IMG/VR virus record: IMGVR_UViG_3300037419_000575
Source of the DNA: a virus
Strand: one strand, 5' to 3'
Length of the DNA: 45,725 nucleotides
This document shows, piece by piece, positions 24,309 through 31,671 of this stretch. A model generated the notes under the pieces. It did not search any database. It saw only the letters and a list, made by a program, of their open reading frames with translations, and had not been told where the DNA came from. Numbering within the stretch: the stretch's first letter is position 1; every line of letters starts with the position of its first letter. The position numbers and the translations under genes are program-made.

Positions 24309-24734
24309 TTAATGCGTCTTCGGCGAGCGCGCTCCGGCGGCGATAGGCTCGAGCGCGAGCAGAGCGCCGGCAACCACCGACTTGCCCTCGTCAGTCAGAC
24401 GAAGGAACGACTCACGGTCGTCATCGGGGTTGGGCTCCGCGGCCAGCCAGCCGAGCGCCTTGGGGTAGAGCCGCGAGGGCTCGAGGAGCTGGCGATAGCT
24501 GTTGCGGATCGAGCCGCGCATCGAGTCGGCATAGGCCTGGCGGATTTCCGACAGCGTGGTCGGGCGCCCGGCGGCGTCGGCCGCGGCGGCGAGCATGAAG
24601 AAAGCCGCCTGGGTCAGGCTAAGCCGATCCGACGCCACGTCCGACAGGTAGACCAGGAAGGCCGAGGAGGCCCCTAACTCGCCTACGCGCTGCCAAAGCT
24701 GCGGCGAGATGCCGCGGGTAGATTTCATTGCCAT
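24309..24734 (-). CDS. MarR-like winged-helix transcriptional regulator (candidate repressor)
   Basis: The internal ATG at 24734 gives 141 aa. ..LSLTQAAFFMLAAA...RPTTLSEI... and ..DDRESFLRLTDEGKSV.. fit the MarR pattern. Confidence 0.6.
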   Translation of the reverse strand: MAMKSTRGISPQLWQRVGELGASSAFLVYLSDVASDRLSLTQAAFFMLAAAADAAGRPTTLSEIRQAYADSMRGSIRNSYRQLLEPSRLYPKALGWLAAEPNPDDDRESFLRLTDEGKSVVAGALLALEPIAAGARSPKTH

Positions 24735-24794
24735 CAGGCCCCCAAGGTTCGGCCGGCTCCTTTGGAGGCCGAGTCCTCCGCGTTGAGTTGGCAT

Positions 24795-25036
24795 AGCTTG
24801 TCTCCTGCGATCTCGTAAATACGATTGCCATTAATTCAATCCCCGCCCACTTAGCCGATGATAGGCTCATTATCAAGGCCGGCACGTTCTTAGGCCTGTC
24901 TCGCTTCCCGTCAAGCCACTTTTTGAGGCGGAATGTGAGATTTGTCAGGTGGTTAGCTCGAGTCGGTCTCTCCATGAGAACGAAATAAGAACAAACACTC
25001 CTATTTGTAAAGAGCAAAGTCCTACGCGGAGAGGAA
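24795..25036. promoter_or_regulatory. AT-rich intergenic control region with two palindromes and sigma70-like hexamers
   Basis: This is visibly the least GC-rich stretch of the window. Palindromes are TCGTA-AA-TACGA at 24813-24824 and TGATA-N7-TATCA at 24859-24875. The minus strand has TTTACA-N17-TTATTT and TTGATA-N17-TAAGTG. Confidence 0.5.
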
Positions 25037-25330
25037 TTATCCTACCGCGCAGTCTTCGCCGACAGGCTCCGGTATGCCGCTGTCGCCGATATAGGCCAGC
25101 TTTCCGCCCCGGCAGATGAACACGTCGGGGGTGCGATCCTCGTCGGGATCAAGGAGCAGGACGTTGGCTTCACGGAGGACCGAGTCGCCTTCGACCCAGG
25201 AGCCGCCGTGGAGGAGGTCGACCCACTGGCGCCGTTCGATGAGGCGCTCGGCGTCGGCGGCGGCTTCGACCGGCCCGTCGGCCTCGACCTCGAGGCGAAC
25301 GTATGCCGGGACCTGAACGATGAACTTCAT
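25037..25330 (-). CDS. hypothetical acidic early protein
   Basis: 97 aa, ATG start, D/E-rich. Confidence 0.5.
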   Translation of the reverse strand: MKFIVQVPAYVRLEVEADGPVEAAADAERLIERRQWVDLLHGGSWVEGDSVLREANVLLLDPDEDRTPDVFICRGGKLAYIGDSGIPEPVGEDCAVG

Positions 25331-25340
25331 GGGGACCTCC

Positions 25341-25424
25341 CTAGCCCGGTGTCTTGTTGGTGCGCGTGAGCGCGGCGATGACGGCGTAGAAGAACAGGCC
25401 GACGACGATGATGGTGAGGATCAT
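25341..25424 (-). CDS. 27-aa hydrophobic micro-ORF
   Basis: MILTIIVVGLFFYAVIAALTRTNKTPG. ATGA overlap with the upstream ORF. Confidence 0.25.
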   Translation of the reverse strand: MILTIIVVGLFFYAVIAALTRTNKTPG

Positions 25425-25753
25425 GGCGCTCTCCCGAGAGCTTTGACGATGTCGTCGAGGACGTCAGGGACGAAGACCTCGTCGGGGCGCTGGTCGATGC
25501 GGTAGACCTCGCGGCCGTCGACGCGGACCGAAGCGAGGAACGGATAGGACCCGTCGCCGCACATGGAGGGCTCTATGACGACCCGCTTGGTGTCCGCGTG
25601 GTTGACGCCGCGGCGGATCAGCGCGCCCCGGAGGAGCAGCGTCGTGGCGCCGCACGAGGGGCACGAGCAGCCGCCCGTGGGGCAGCGGCCGGCGGCCTTG
25701 TCGGCTTCGGCTAGAGCGAGCTTGCGGAGGCGGGCGGTATCGAGGGGCGTCAC
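25421..25753 (-). CDS. hypothetical Cys-cluster protein
   Basis: GGAGGAGG-N5-GTG at 25753 gives 110 aa with CPTGGCSCPSC. Confidence 0.45.
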   Translation of the reverse strand: MTPLDTARLRKLALAEADKAAGRCPTGGCSCPSCGATTLLLRGALIRRGVNHADTKRVVIEPSMCGDGSYPFLASVRVDGREVYRIDQRPDEVFVPDVLDDIVKALGRAP

Positions 25754-25911
25754 CGGACCCTCCTCCAGTAAGAGAAACTGACGTGATGCCGGCCCAACGC
25801 GAGGTAGAAGCGCCTCCCGAGGAGCAGCTCCCAGACGGAGCCGTAAGCGTAATCGACCCGGCGAAAGCTGGACCACCGGCCGACGCTCGCGAGGAGTGTC
25901 GTCTGCTTCAT
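25750..25911 (-). CDS. hypothetical 53-aa protein
   Basis: GGAGG-N6-ATG at 25911. Its stop overlaps the next GTG (GTGA). Confidence 0.4.
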   Translation of the reverse strand: MKQTTLLASVGRWSSFRRVDYAYGSVWELLLGRRFYLALGRHHVSFSYWRRVR

Positions 25912-26093
25912 CTTCGCCTCCTTTTGATCTTCCCGAACCTGGGCAGCTTGGCCTCGCCCGCCTCGGTGGCCGCATCGTAACCTTCGGACCACTTGATGGA
26001 GCACGGAGGGAGTCCGTAGGGGTTCGCGGTGTGGCCTCGCTGAGCGTCACGATAGCCGGCCATGAAACAGGGGTGTGGCTGCGGGGCGTTCAT
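25908..26093 (-). CDS. small protein, possibly Rmf/CrpP-fold
   Basis: 61 aa. ..AGYRDAQRGHTANPYGLPPCSIKWSEGYD.. loosely fits the G-Y..G....P.....W..G-Y pattern. Basic tail. Confidence 0.3.
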   Translation of the reverse strand: MNAPQPHPCFMAGYRDAQRGHTANPYGLPPCSIKWSEGYDAATEAGEAKLPRFGKIKRRRR

Positions 26094-26287
26094 TCGTCCG
26101 CCGGCGTCTCGACCGAGTGAATAACGTCGCCCGGAAAAACCCCGACGACGAAGTCGGACCAGCCGGAATACCGAACCGTCGGCCGTCGACCAGGGCCGGT
26201 TCCGTAAAACCCGTTGATCGTGCGCGTCGCCTTCCGGCGCCCGCCGCGCGTGGTGACGGTGAAAGTGATGCGGTCTCCGATCTTCAT
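26090..26287 (-). CDS. hypothetical 65-aa protein
   Basis: GGAGG-N7-ATG at 26287. ATGA overlaps at both ends. Confidence 0.45.
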   Translation of the reverse strand: MKIGDRITFTVTTRGGRRKATRTINGFYGTGPGRRPTVRYSGWSDFVVGVFPGDVIHSVETPADE

Positions 26288-27225
26288 GCCGTTGCCTCCT
26301 TCTGGGGTGGCGGGAACAGGTAGTTCCACACCCACCGGATCACGCTCGAGCCCTCGCCTATGGCGTTGGCGACGCGCTTGACCGAGCCGGCGCGGATGTC
26401 GCCGACGGCGAACAGCCCCGGCCGCTTGGTCTGAAAGAAGTCGTCGGTCTCGACGAAGCCGTGGCCGTCGACCGGACAGACGCCGGCGAGGAAGGCCGCG
26501 TTGGGCTCGGCCCCGATCATCACATAGACGTCGCTGACGTCTAGCCCGGTGAGTTGGTCGCCGTGGCGGAGCGTCACGCGCCTGACCCAATCGTCGCCGT
26601 CGATCTCGCTGACCTCGGACTCGAAGTGAAGCTCGATGCTCGGCGTCGTGTAGATGCGCTCGATCAGATAGGCGGACATGGTGTCGCGGAGCGACGGCTT
26701 GCGGACGACGAGGTGGACACGCTTGGCCTTGGTCGACAGATACATTGCGGCCTGGCCGGCGCTGTTGCCGCCGCCGATGACGACAACCGTTTCGCAGCGG
26801 CAGTTCTCGCGGATCGACTGCGGCGTCGCGTCGTAATGGATGCCCTTGCCCTCGAACCCCTCATAGCCAGTGGCGGCGTGGAGGCGGCGGTAGCGGGCTC
26901 CGGTGGCGACGATGACCGAGCGGGCGAGGACGATCTCGCCGGAGACGGTGGTCATGCGGAACAGCCCACCGACACACTCGAGGCTGTCACAGACGCAGTC
27001 CTTGAAGTCCGCCCCGAACTTGGCCGCCTGGGCCTTCGCGCGGTCGGTGAGGTCGGGTCCAGAGATACCGTCGGGCCAGCCGAGCACGTTCTCGATGAGC
27101 GAGCTGGTGCCCGCCTGGCCGCCCGGACGTTCGCACAAGACGACGGTCGAGAGGCCCTCCGAGGTTGCGTTGACGGCCGCTGCAAGGCCGGCGGGGCCTC
27201 CGCCGATCACGGCGACGTCATACAT
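26284..27225 (-). CDS. thioredoxin-reductase-like FAD/NAD(P) oxidoreductase lacking the CxxC redox centre
   Basis: The ATG at 27225 gives 313 aa. Motifs are [13 protein letters not shown] (FAD), [17 protein letters not shown] (NAD(P)H) and [23 protein letters not shown]. The site where TrxB has CATC reads YDATPQ. Confidence 0.75.
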   Translation of the reverse strand: MYDVAVIGGGPAGLAAAVNATSEGLSTVVLCERPGGQAGTSSLIENVLGWPDGISGPDLTDRAKAQAAKFGADFKDCVCDSLECVGGLFRMTTVSGEIVLARSVIVATGARYRRLHAATGYEGFEGKGIHYDATPQSIRENCRCETVVVIGGGNSAGQAAMYLSTKAKRVHLVVRKPSLRDTMSAYLIERIYTTPSIELHFESEVSEIDGDDWVRRVTLRHGDQLTGLDVSDVYVMIGAEPNAAFLAGVCPVDGHGFVETDDFFQTKRPGLFAVGDIRAGSVKRVANAIGEGSSVIRWVWNYLFPPPQKEATA

Positions 27226-27388
27226 GGCCGCGGCCGCCTTCGATCCTCTCGAGCTTGAGCCCGTCGACCGGATGCCCGAAGTGGCGCTCGACCGTGGCAA
27301 AGGCCTCGTCCTCGTCACTCGCGTAGATGCCGAAGGGCGCGGCCCCGTCTTGCCGCGACCGCGGGGTGCTAATGATGTAGCGCCTCAT
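27218..27388 (-). CDS. hypothetical 56-aa protein
   Basis: AGGAGG-N6-ATG at 27388. It overlaps the next start by 8 nt. Confidence 0.45.
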   Translation of the reverse strand: MRRYIISTPRSRQDGAAPFGIYASDEDEAFATVERHFGHPVDGLKLERIEGGRGHV

Positions 27389-27489
27389 GCCTGCCTCCTG
27401 TTGTGAATTAGTGACCGTCTTCTGGGTCCGCACGACGGTCAGGCGCGGACTCACCGGGAGCGAGGGGAGGAGACCCCGGCGGGTTCTTG

Positions 27490-27654
27490 TTATTCGGCGG
27501 GCTGCGTCGCGCCGTGGGCGTGAAAGTAGAAGATCGCCGCTTCGAGATCGTCGATCAGTTCGCGGTGCTCCTCGATCACGGACGGCTCCTCGCCCTGCCA
27601 CGCCGCGAGCGAGGCTTCGGCGGCGCGAAGCAGCCACTTGGTAGCGTGGTTCAT
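27490..27654 (-). CDS. hypothetical 54-aa protein
   Basis: AAGGAG-N7-ATG at 27654. Confidence 0.4.
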   Translation of the reverse strand: MNHATKWLLRAAEASLAAWQGEEPSVIEEHRELIDDLEAAIFYFHAHGATQPAE

Positions 27655-27743
27655 CGGGTGGCTCCTTTCGGCCGGGGGCGGGTCGCGGAACCGGGGATCG
27701 GCCCCGGTGAAGTCCGCGAAGAAGCGATAGGGCGAGCGGCCGG

Positions 27744-28115
27744 TCACAGGCTGTTCGCTATGTCGAGCGCCACTCTGGCGAGTTCCGGGTCCACCGGCTT
27801 TCCATCACGCGCGGCAGCGAAGAACTCCGGCGCGGCCCGCTGAAACGCTTCGGCGAAGTCGAGCAAGACCTTGCGCGTGGTCGCGCTGCGGATGCGTTCC
27901 GGCATCCCAAAGGATAGCTTCGTCTTCGACGGGACGTGCGTCAGTTGCCAGTAGCGTTCCGACTGTCGTGCTTCCGGTTCGTGCGCGAACCAGAAGACGT
28001 CACGGTGAGCGATAAGATCGCCAACCTGGCGACCGGCCACCTCGACCATTTTCGGAGGGCGGTTCGAGTTATAGGGATAGACCGGGATAGTGACAGTAGA
28101 GTTGAAGGCTTTCAT
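27744..28115 (-). CDS. hypothetical protein
   Basis: GGAGG-N7-ATG at 28115 gives 123 aa. 1-nt overlap with the upstream stop. Confidence 0.5.
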   Translation of the reverse strand: MKAFNSTVTIPVYPYNSNRPPKMVEVAGRQVGDLIAHRDVFWFAHEPEARQSERYWQLTHVPSKTKLSFGMPERIRSATTRKVLLDFAEAFQRAAPEFFAAARDGKPVDPELARVALDIANSL

Positions 28116-28354
28116 CACTGGACCTCCCATTCGACGCCAAGCTCCTGAAGATGCTCGGCCAGGTCGCCGGCGGCGTAGGGCTCGACGATGTAGGCGGGCT
28201 TGCCGCCGAGCGGCGGGATCGGCGCGGGCGGTTCACAGAAGAACCGGAACAGCGCGTCCTCGCCCACCGGCGAGAGCGGCCAGGCCCACACGCCGCCGAA
28301 CGAAGAGCGTCGGACCGCGACGGCGGGACCGTTAAGGTAGACGACGGCGGCCAT
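28115..28354 (-). CDS. hypothetical protein
   Basis: 79 aa. GGGAGG-N8-ATG. Confidence 0.5.
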   Translation of the reverse strand: MAAVVYLNGPAVAVRRSSFGGVWAWPLSPVGEDALFRFFCEPPAPIPPLGGKPAYIVEPYAAGDLAEHLQELGVEWEVQ

Positions 28355-28366
28355 GATAGGGCCTCC

Positions 28367-28621
28367 CTATTTCGACAGCAGCGGCACCATCTCGCCCGTT
28401 TGGAGCCAGTGAGCCCGCTGCATGAACGTGAACGTGTGGTCCGACTTGCCAGCGAGGCCGTCGGCAATGGCTTGCTCCTGCCAAGCAACGTAGGACGCGA
28501 GGTTATTGACGCGCGTCACTCCGTTCTTGGCGTTGGCGATGCTCTGACGATGCAACTCCGCGAAGTGCTCGCGGGTGCGCTGGATTGTCTCGGGCGTGAT
28601 CTCGACGCCAGCGAAGCGCAT
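28367..28621 (-). CDS. hypothetical protein
   Basis: The internal ATG at 28621 gives 84 aa, coupled to the upstream stop. Confidence 0.45.
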   Translation of the reverse strand: MRFAGVEITPETIQRTREHFAELHRQSIANAKNGVTRVNNLASYVAWQEQAIADGLAGKSDHTFTFMQRAHWLQTGEMVPLLSK

Positions 28622-28848
28622 CACGAGCGCTCCTCGCCAACAGGGCCGTCGTAGAGCAGCTTGGACTCGCCTTGGCCGTGCCAGGGCCGCTTCTCGATGC
28701 GGGCGCAGTCGACACCGTCCTTCCCATAGAGCTGGACGTTGACGGCGCCCTGCCAAGAGGCAGCGACCGTCTGAAGACCGCTGGACTTCGTGCCAAGCCG
28801 TGAGGCCTCGCCGCGTGCGCCCTGCAACAGACCGTAGAAGTGAGCCAT
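28621..28848 (-). CDS. hypothetical protein
   Basis: 75 aa. GGGAGG-N7-ATG, 27 nt downstream of promoter-motif copy c. Confidence 0.5.
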   Translation of the reverse strand: MAHFYGLLQGARGEASRLGTKSSGLQTVAASWQGAVNVQLYGKDGVDCARIEKRPWHGQGESKLLYDGPVGEERS

Positions 28849-28874
28849 GATAGTCCTCCCTTCGTGACTAGCGG

Positions 28875-28891
28875 ATAAGCGTGCCTATCGG
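28875..28891 (-). promoter_or_regulatory. candidate phage-RNAP promoter (copy c)
   Basis: The minus strand reads CCGATAGGCACGCTTAT. It overlaps the TAG of the upstream ORF. Confidence 0.55.
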
Positions 28892-29103
28892 GCCAGGAAC
28901 GGCTCCTTATTGAGCCCAACCAGACACACGCAGAACCCCACGACCGCCAGCAGCGTGCCGATCTCGGCTCCGCCCCAGACGACGAACAGGCCGGCGATTA
29001 TTAGGCCAAAGCCGGCGAGCATGATTAGGACCGACAGGAGCACGCTGTAGAAGCTCCAGCGGGAGTGAAGCGCGATAGCTGCGTCCATCTGTTCGCGGGT
29101 CAT
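28885..29103 (-). CDS. small membrane protein (two TM segments)
   Basis: 72 aa with hydrophobic blocks SVLLSVLIMLAGFGLIIAGLFVVW and LLAVVGFCVCLVGL. Confidence 0.5.
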   Translation of the reverse strand: MTREQMDAAIALHSRWSFYSVLLSVLIMLAGFGLIIAGLFVVWGGAEIGTLLAVVGFCVCLVGLNKEPFLAR

Positions 29104-29564
29104 TGGCTTTGCCCCGACCGTTCGGCCCAGGCGGCTTCGAGGGCAGTCGTTGAAAGCCGTCGACGTCGGGCAAAAGTGCGAGCACGGTCGACAAACTGCA
29201 CGAGCTGCTCTTCGAGGTCCTGCATCGGCTCCGCTATGGCTCCGTCATGAAGCGTCTGCAGCGCCCACGCGAAATCTTTCGCGCGCTGGTTCGTCAGGCC
29301 TAGCCTATCCAGGACAGGATCGGGCAACGCATAGACCGCGGTCCCCTCGAAGGAAGGCTGCCAGAAATCGTCAGGCATGATCCAGCCGATGCCACACCTG
29401 ACCGGAGCGGTGGAGTAATGAGCGCCAGGCTCCTCTCCTTCGCCGTTAGGGTCGACCGAGGGATCGTAGCGATAAAAGCAATTGCCGTTAGCCGTTCCAG
29501 ACAGTCGGCCCTGCCGGATAATGCCGGTAACGGCAGCATCGAAAGCTGCTTGTCGGTTGAACAT
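29100..29564 (-). CDS. hypothetical early protein
   Basis: AGGAGG-N7-ATG at 29564 gives 154 aa. Confidence 0.5.
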   Translation of the reverse strand: MFNRQAAFDAAVTGIIRQGRLSGTANGNCFYRYDPSVDPNGEGEEPGAHYSTAPVRCGIGWIMPDDFWQPSFEGTAVYALPDPVLDRLGLTNQRAKDFAWALQTLHDGAIAEPMQDLEEQLVQFVDRARTFARRRRLSTTALEAAWAERSGQSQ

Positions 29565-29584
29565 GGTCGTTCCTCCTAAGTCCA

Positions 29585-29670
29585 CTTCAGGGGTCAAAGA
29601 GTTGCCCCGCCAAGAGGCCAGCGGCGGGCGCCGAGCGGCTGGCATTGGCGGGACAGGATGGCCCCTGAAG
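29585..29670 (-). other. long nested hairpin in the 5' leader (RNase III-type site candidate)
   Basis: CTTCAGGGG (29585-29593) pairs with CCCCTGAAG (29662-29670). It encloses GCCCCGCC/GGCGGGAC and GCCAGC/GCTGGC pairings. Confidence 0.45.
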
Positions 29671-29772
29671 AGGGGTTAGGAGCTTACTCGGAATTGTCGG
29701 CGCGGCTCCGTAAAGTGGATACCGCAAGTGCGAACCAAGGCGAGGTTGCCCAGAGACTAAGGAGAATTGCGA

Positions 29773-29964
29773 CTACCCACACGGCGAAAGCGCCCTAACC
29801 AATTCAGCCGCTCGGGCAGCGGACGACGCAGCATTGAGAAATGCTTCATTGGCAATCGGCGTGTGACTTGTCCCGCGCAGGGCAATCGTCAGCTTGTTCA
29901 GATCGAGGGCGGCTTGCTGGAGCAGATCAGCCAGCCGCGCAGCTTCGATGGCATGGTCCATCAT
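29773..29964 (-). CDS. hypothetical early protein (MMD start, duplicated initiation block)
   Basis: 63 aa, preceded by AAGGAGGCC ATGATG. Confidence 0.4.
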   Translation of the reverse strand: MMDHAIEAARLADLLQQAALDLNKLTIALRGTSHTPIANEAFLNAASSAARAAELVRALSPCG

Positions 29965-29989
29965 GGCCTCCTTAGGGTTGCTAGAGGGG
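29957..29989. repeat. 33-bp block, copy 1 (RBS plus first codons)
   Basis: tccatcatggcctccttagggttgctagagggg matches 30245-30277 at 32 of 33 positions. Confidence 0.9.
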
Positions 29990-29997
29990 TGGGGCAG

Positions 29998-30252
29998 TCA
30001 GGCGTCGGCCCAAGCGGGAACGACGTCGTTGAAGCAGTAGGCACGACAATCGTCGGCCAGTGCGGCCGCTGCCCCGCCGTCATGTTTTTCCGGCACGTCC
30101 GTGTCGACGAGGTCAAACAGCGCGTCGAACGTGAACGAATAGGACCGCGACGGATCGAGTTCGCTACACGGCCAGCGCGAGTTGAACCTCGCCACTTCGT
30201 GCGGCTCGACCGTTATGGTCCGCTGATACTTTCGCCCGGTGCGATCCATCAT
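29998..30252 (-). CDS. hypothetical early protein (MMD start)
   Basis: 84 aa with the same initiation block as the 63-aa ORF. Confidence 0.4.
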   Translation of the reverse strand: MMDRTGRKYQRTITVEPHEVARFNSRWPCSELDPSRSYSFTFDALFDLVDTDVPEKHDGGAAAALADDCRAYCFNDVVPAWADA

Positions 30253-30277
30253 GGCCTCCTTAGGGTTGCTTGAGGGG
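30245..30277. repeat. 33-bp block, copy 2
   Basis: tccatcatggcctccttagggttgcttgagggg. A partial third copy, tagggttgctagggg, lies at 30358-30372. Confidence 0.9.
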
Positions 30278-30345
30278 CGCTCGGCATCAGCTCTCCCACG
30301 TCATTTGCTTGCCAGCATCAGTGGGCCGGATCAGCGCCCCTCAAG
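30269..30345. other. 13-bp perfect inverted repeat with a 51-nt loop in the leader of the 84-aa ORF
   Basis: CTTGAGGGGCGCT at 30269-30281 pairs with AGCGCCCCTCAAG at 30333-30345. Confidence 0.8.
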
Positions 30346-30837
30346 GAACCCAAGGTCTAGGGTTGCTAGGGGAGTGGCAGCGCTGCGACCCGCTTATCCA
30401 AATCCAGGCTTATGCCATCAGGCGGCTATCAGAGGGGCGGGCACTCCCCAAGGAACCCTAGGGCGCTCTTGGTGTCAGCAAGCACGCCCTTGGTTTCCCT
30501 TCTTCTTGCGCTTCGCGGCTCATTGTCGGAGCCGCTAACGGGCATCGCTTAGCCGCCGAGCCTTTGGCAGGGCGGAGGCTTTGCCTACTTGCGGAGCCGC
30601 TGCCGAGCCGTCCCGCATTTCAGCGGCGCCGACGCACGTCTGCTATTCCCGTGCCCTTGGCCTACTCTCACCACGCCTCCCCTGGTCAGCCGAGCGGTCC
30701 CGGCCATAGGCTCCGAAGAGCCGGTTTAGCTTGGCGGATGGTTCCCTATAGGGCTCCGCAAGGCTCCCATTTTGACTGATCGCATGGGAGCGGCGACCTA
30801 TTCATTCGTTCCTTCAGCCTAGCACCATGCCAGGCCC

Positions 30838-30854
30838 CTTAGCGTGCCTTTCGG
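30838..30854 (-). promoter_or_regulatory. candidate phage-RNAP promoter (copy e)
   Basis: The minus strand reads CCGAAAGGCACGCTAAG, then GGGC. It lies in the non-coding end region. Confidence 0.45.
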
Positions 30855-31154
30855 TTCGACCCTAGGGAAGCGTCTAGGAGCGGCTGTTGGCACGGTGGCC
30901 GGTCGCCTGTTGCTCCCTTTGCGTTCCCCGTATCGGGCGGGAACCGAGAGGCTTGGAAGGCCCGCCCTGCTACGTCCGGCGGTAGGAGCCAGCGGCCCCC
31001 GTATCACCGAACCCGTAACAACGCGCCGGGACCTCTTCCCCGGATGGTAGCTCCCTCGCCTTCCACACGGTCAGGCTTGGGCCGCGTTGCGGACCTTCCC
31101 GCTCCAGAGCCGTTCGCCTAGCGTCGGGCTTTCCGGAACAACATCAATATGCTC

Positions 31155-31171
31155 GTTAGCGTGCCTATTGT
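31155..31171 (-). promoter_or_regulatory. candidate phage-RNAP promoter (copy d), overlapping a sigma70-like TTGACA-N17-CATATT
   Basis: The minus strand reads TTGACAATAGGCACGCTAACGAGCATATT. Confidence 0.45.
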
Positions 31172-31241
31172 CAAATCCCGCAGAAATCCGCCACTTTCGG
31201 CCCTCACGGTGCCCTCCTGGTGCGCTTCAGGGCGACCGCAA

Positions 31242-31296
31242 GGGAACTGCATGGGAACTGCATGGGAACCTCATGGGCACTCTAGGGGCAGGAGCA
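31242..31296. repeat. five tandem 11-bp units in helical phase
   Basis: GGGAACTGCAT, GGGAACTGCAT, GGGAACCTCAT, GGGCACTCTAG, GGGCAGGAGCA. Confidence 0.85.
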
Positions 31297-31671
31297 AAAG
31301 GGCAGAGGACGACAGACACAGACGCTCGGCAACAGGCCGCGCCAGCTCCATCACCGCCAGATCGGCCCCTCACCGGCCCCTCGCGTGCCCTATTGGCACT
31401 CAATCCGCCATCACAATGGCAGTTATCCGCCCCCCGCGCCCTGCTTGTGCCAGCAAGCCGTGCCAAAAGCCCCCGCCCCTCGCCTCCTGGCGGCGCGCAT
31501 CAGGCCGGCCCTCCACGCACCGGGAGCGGTGCCCCTATGGGGGGCGTCGGCGGCTGGCGTCCCCACGCATGGGGCCTCAGAATTGTGAGCCATTTTGAAC
31601 CGCGGCGCTGGTCCTGCTACACCCTGAACCGTGGATAAGCGTTCCTGCGGGGGAAACAGGAGCAGTTCAAT

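Noticed and set aside
24619-25017. 132-codon minus-strand ORF spanning the AT-rich spacer
   Set aside because: It overlaps the MarR-like gene out of frame, lies in the AT-rich palindrome-bearing region, and has neither an RBS nor coding bias.
30743-30752. The CCCTATAGGG palindrome as a T7-consensus (TATAGGG) promoter remnant
   Set aside because: It is a single occurrence with no similarity to the rest of the T7 promoter, and a different recurrent motif explains the gene junctions better.
30850-30860. tRNA-like GGTTCGAC words (also at about 1340 and about 39522)
   Set aside because: No complementary T-stem, acceptor stem or anticodon arm could be built around any of them, and two lie inside well-supported ORFs.
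31155-31185. Reading the conserved motif as the spacer of sigma70 promoters
   Set aside because: Only copy d has a good -35 (TTGACA). The other copies have no -35 hexamer at the corresponding position, so the conserved element itself is not a sigma70 promoter.
31087-31638. 183-codon plus-strand ORF (and the nested 31149-31598 and 31385-31588 ORFs) in the end region
   Set aside because: The sequence is Pro/Arg/Ser/Ala-rich and low-complexity. It has no RBS, runs straight through tandem repeats and motif copies, and has no coding-like third-position bias that I could see.
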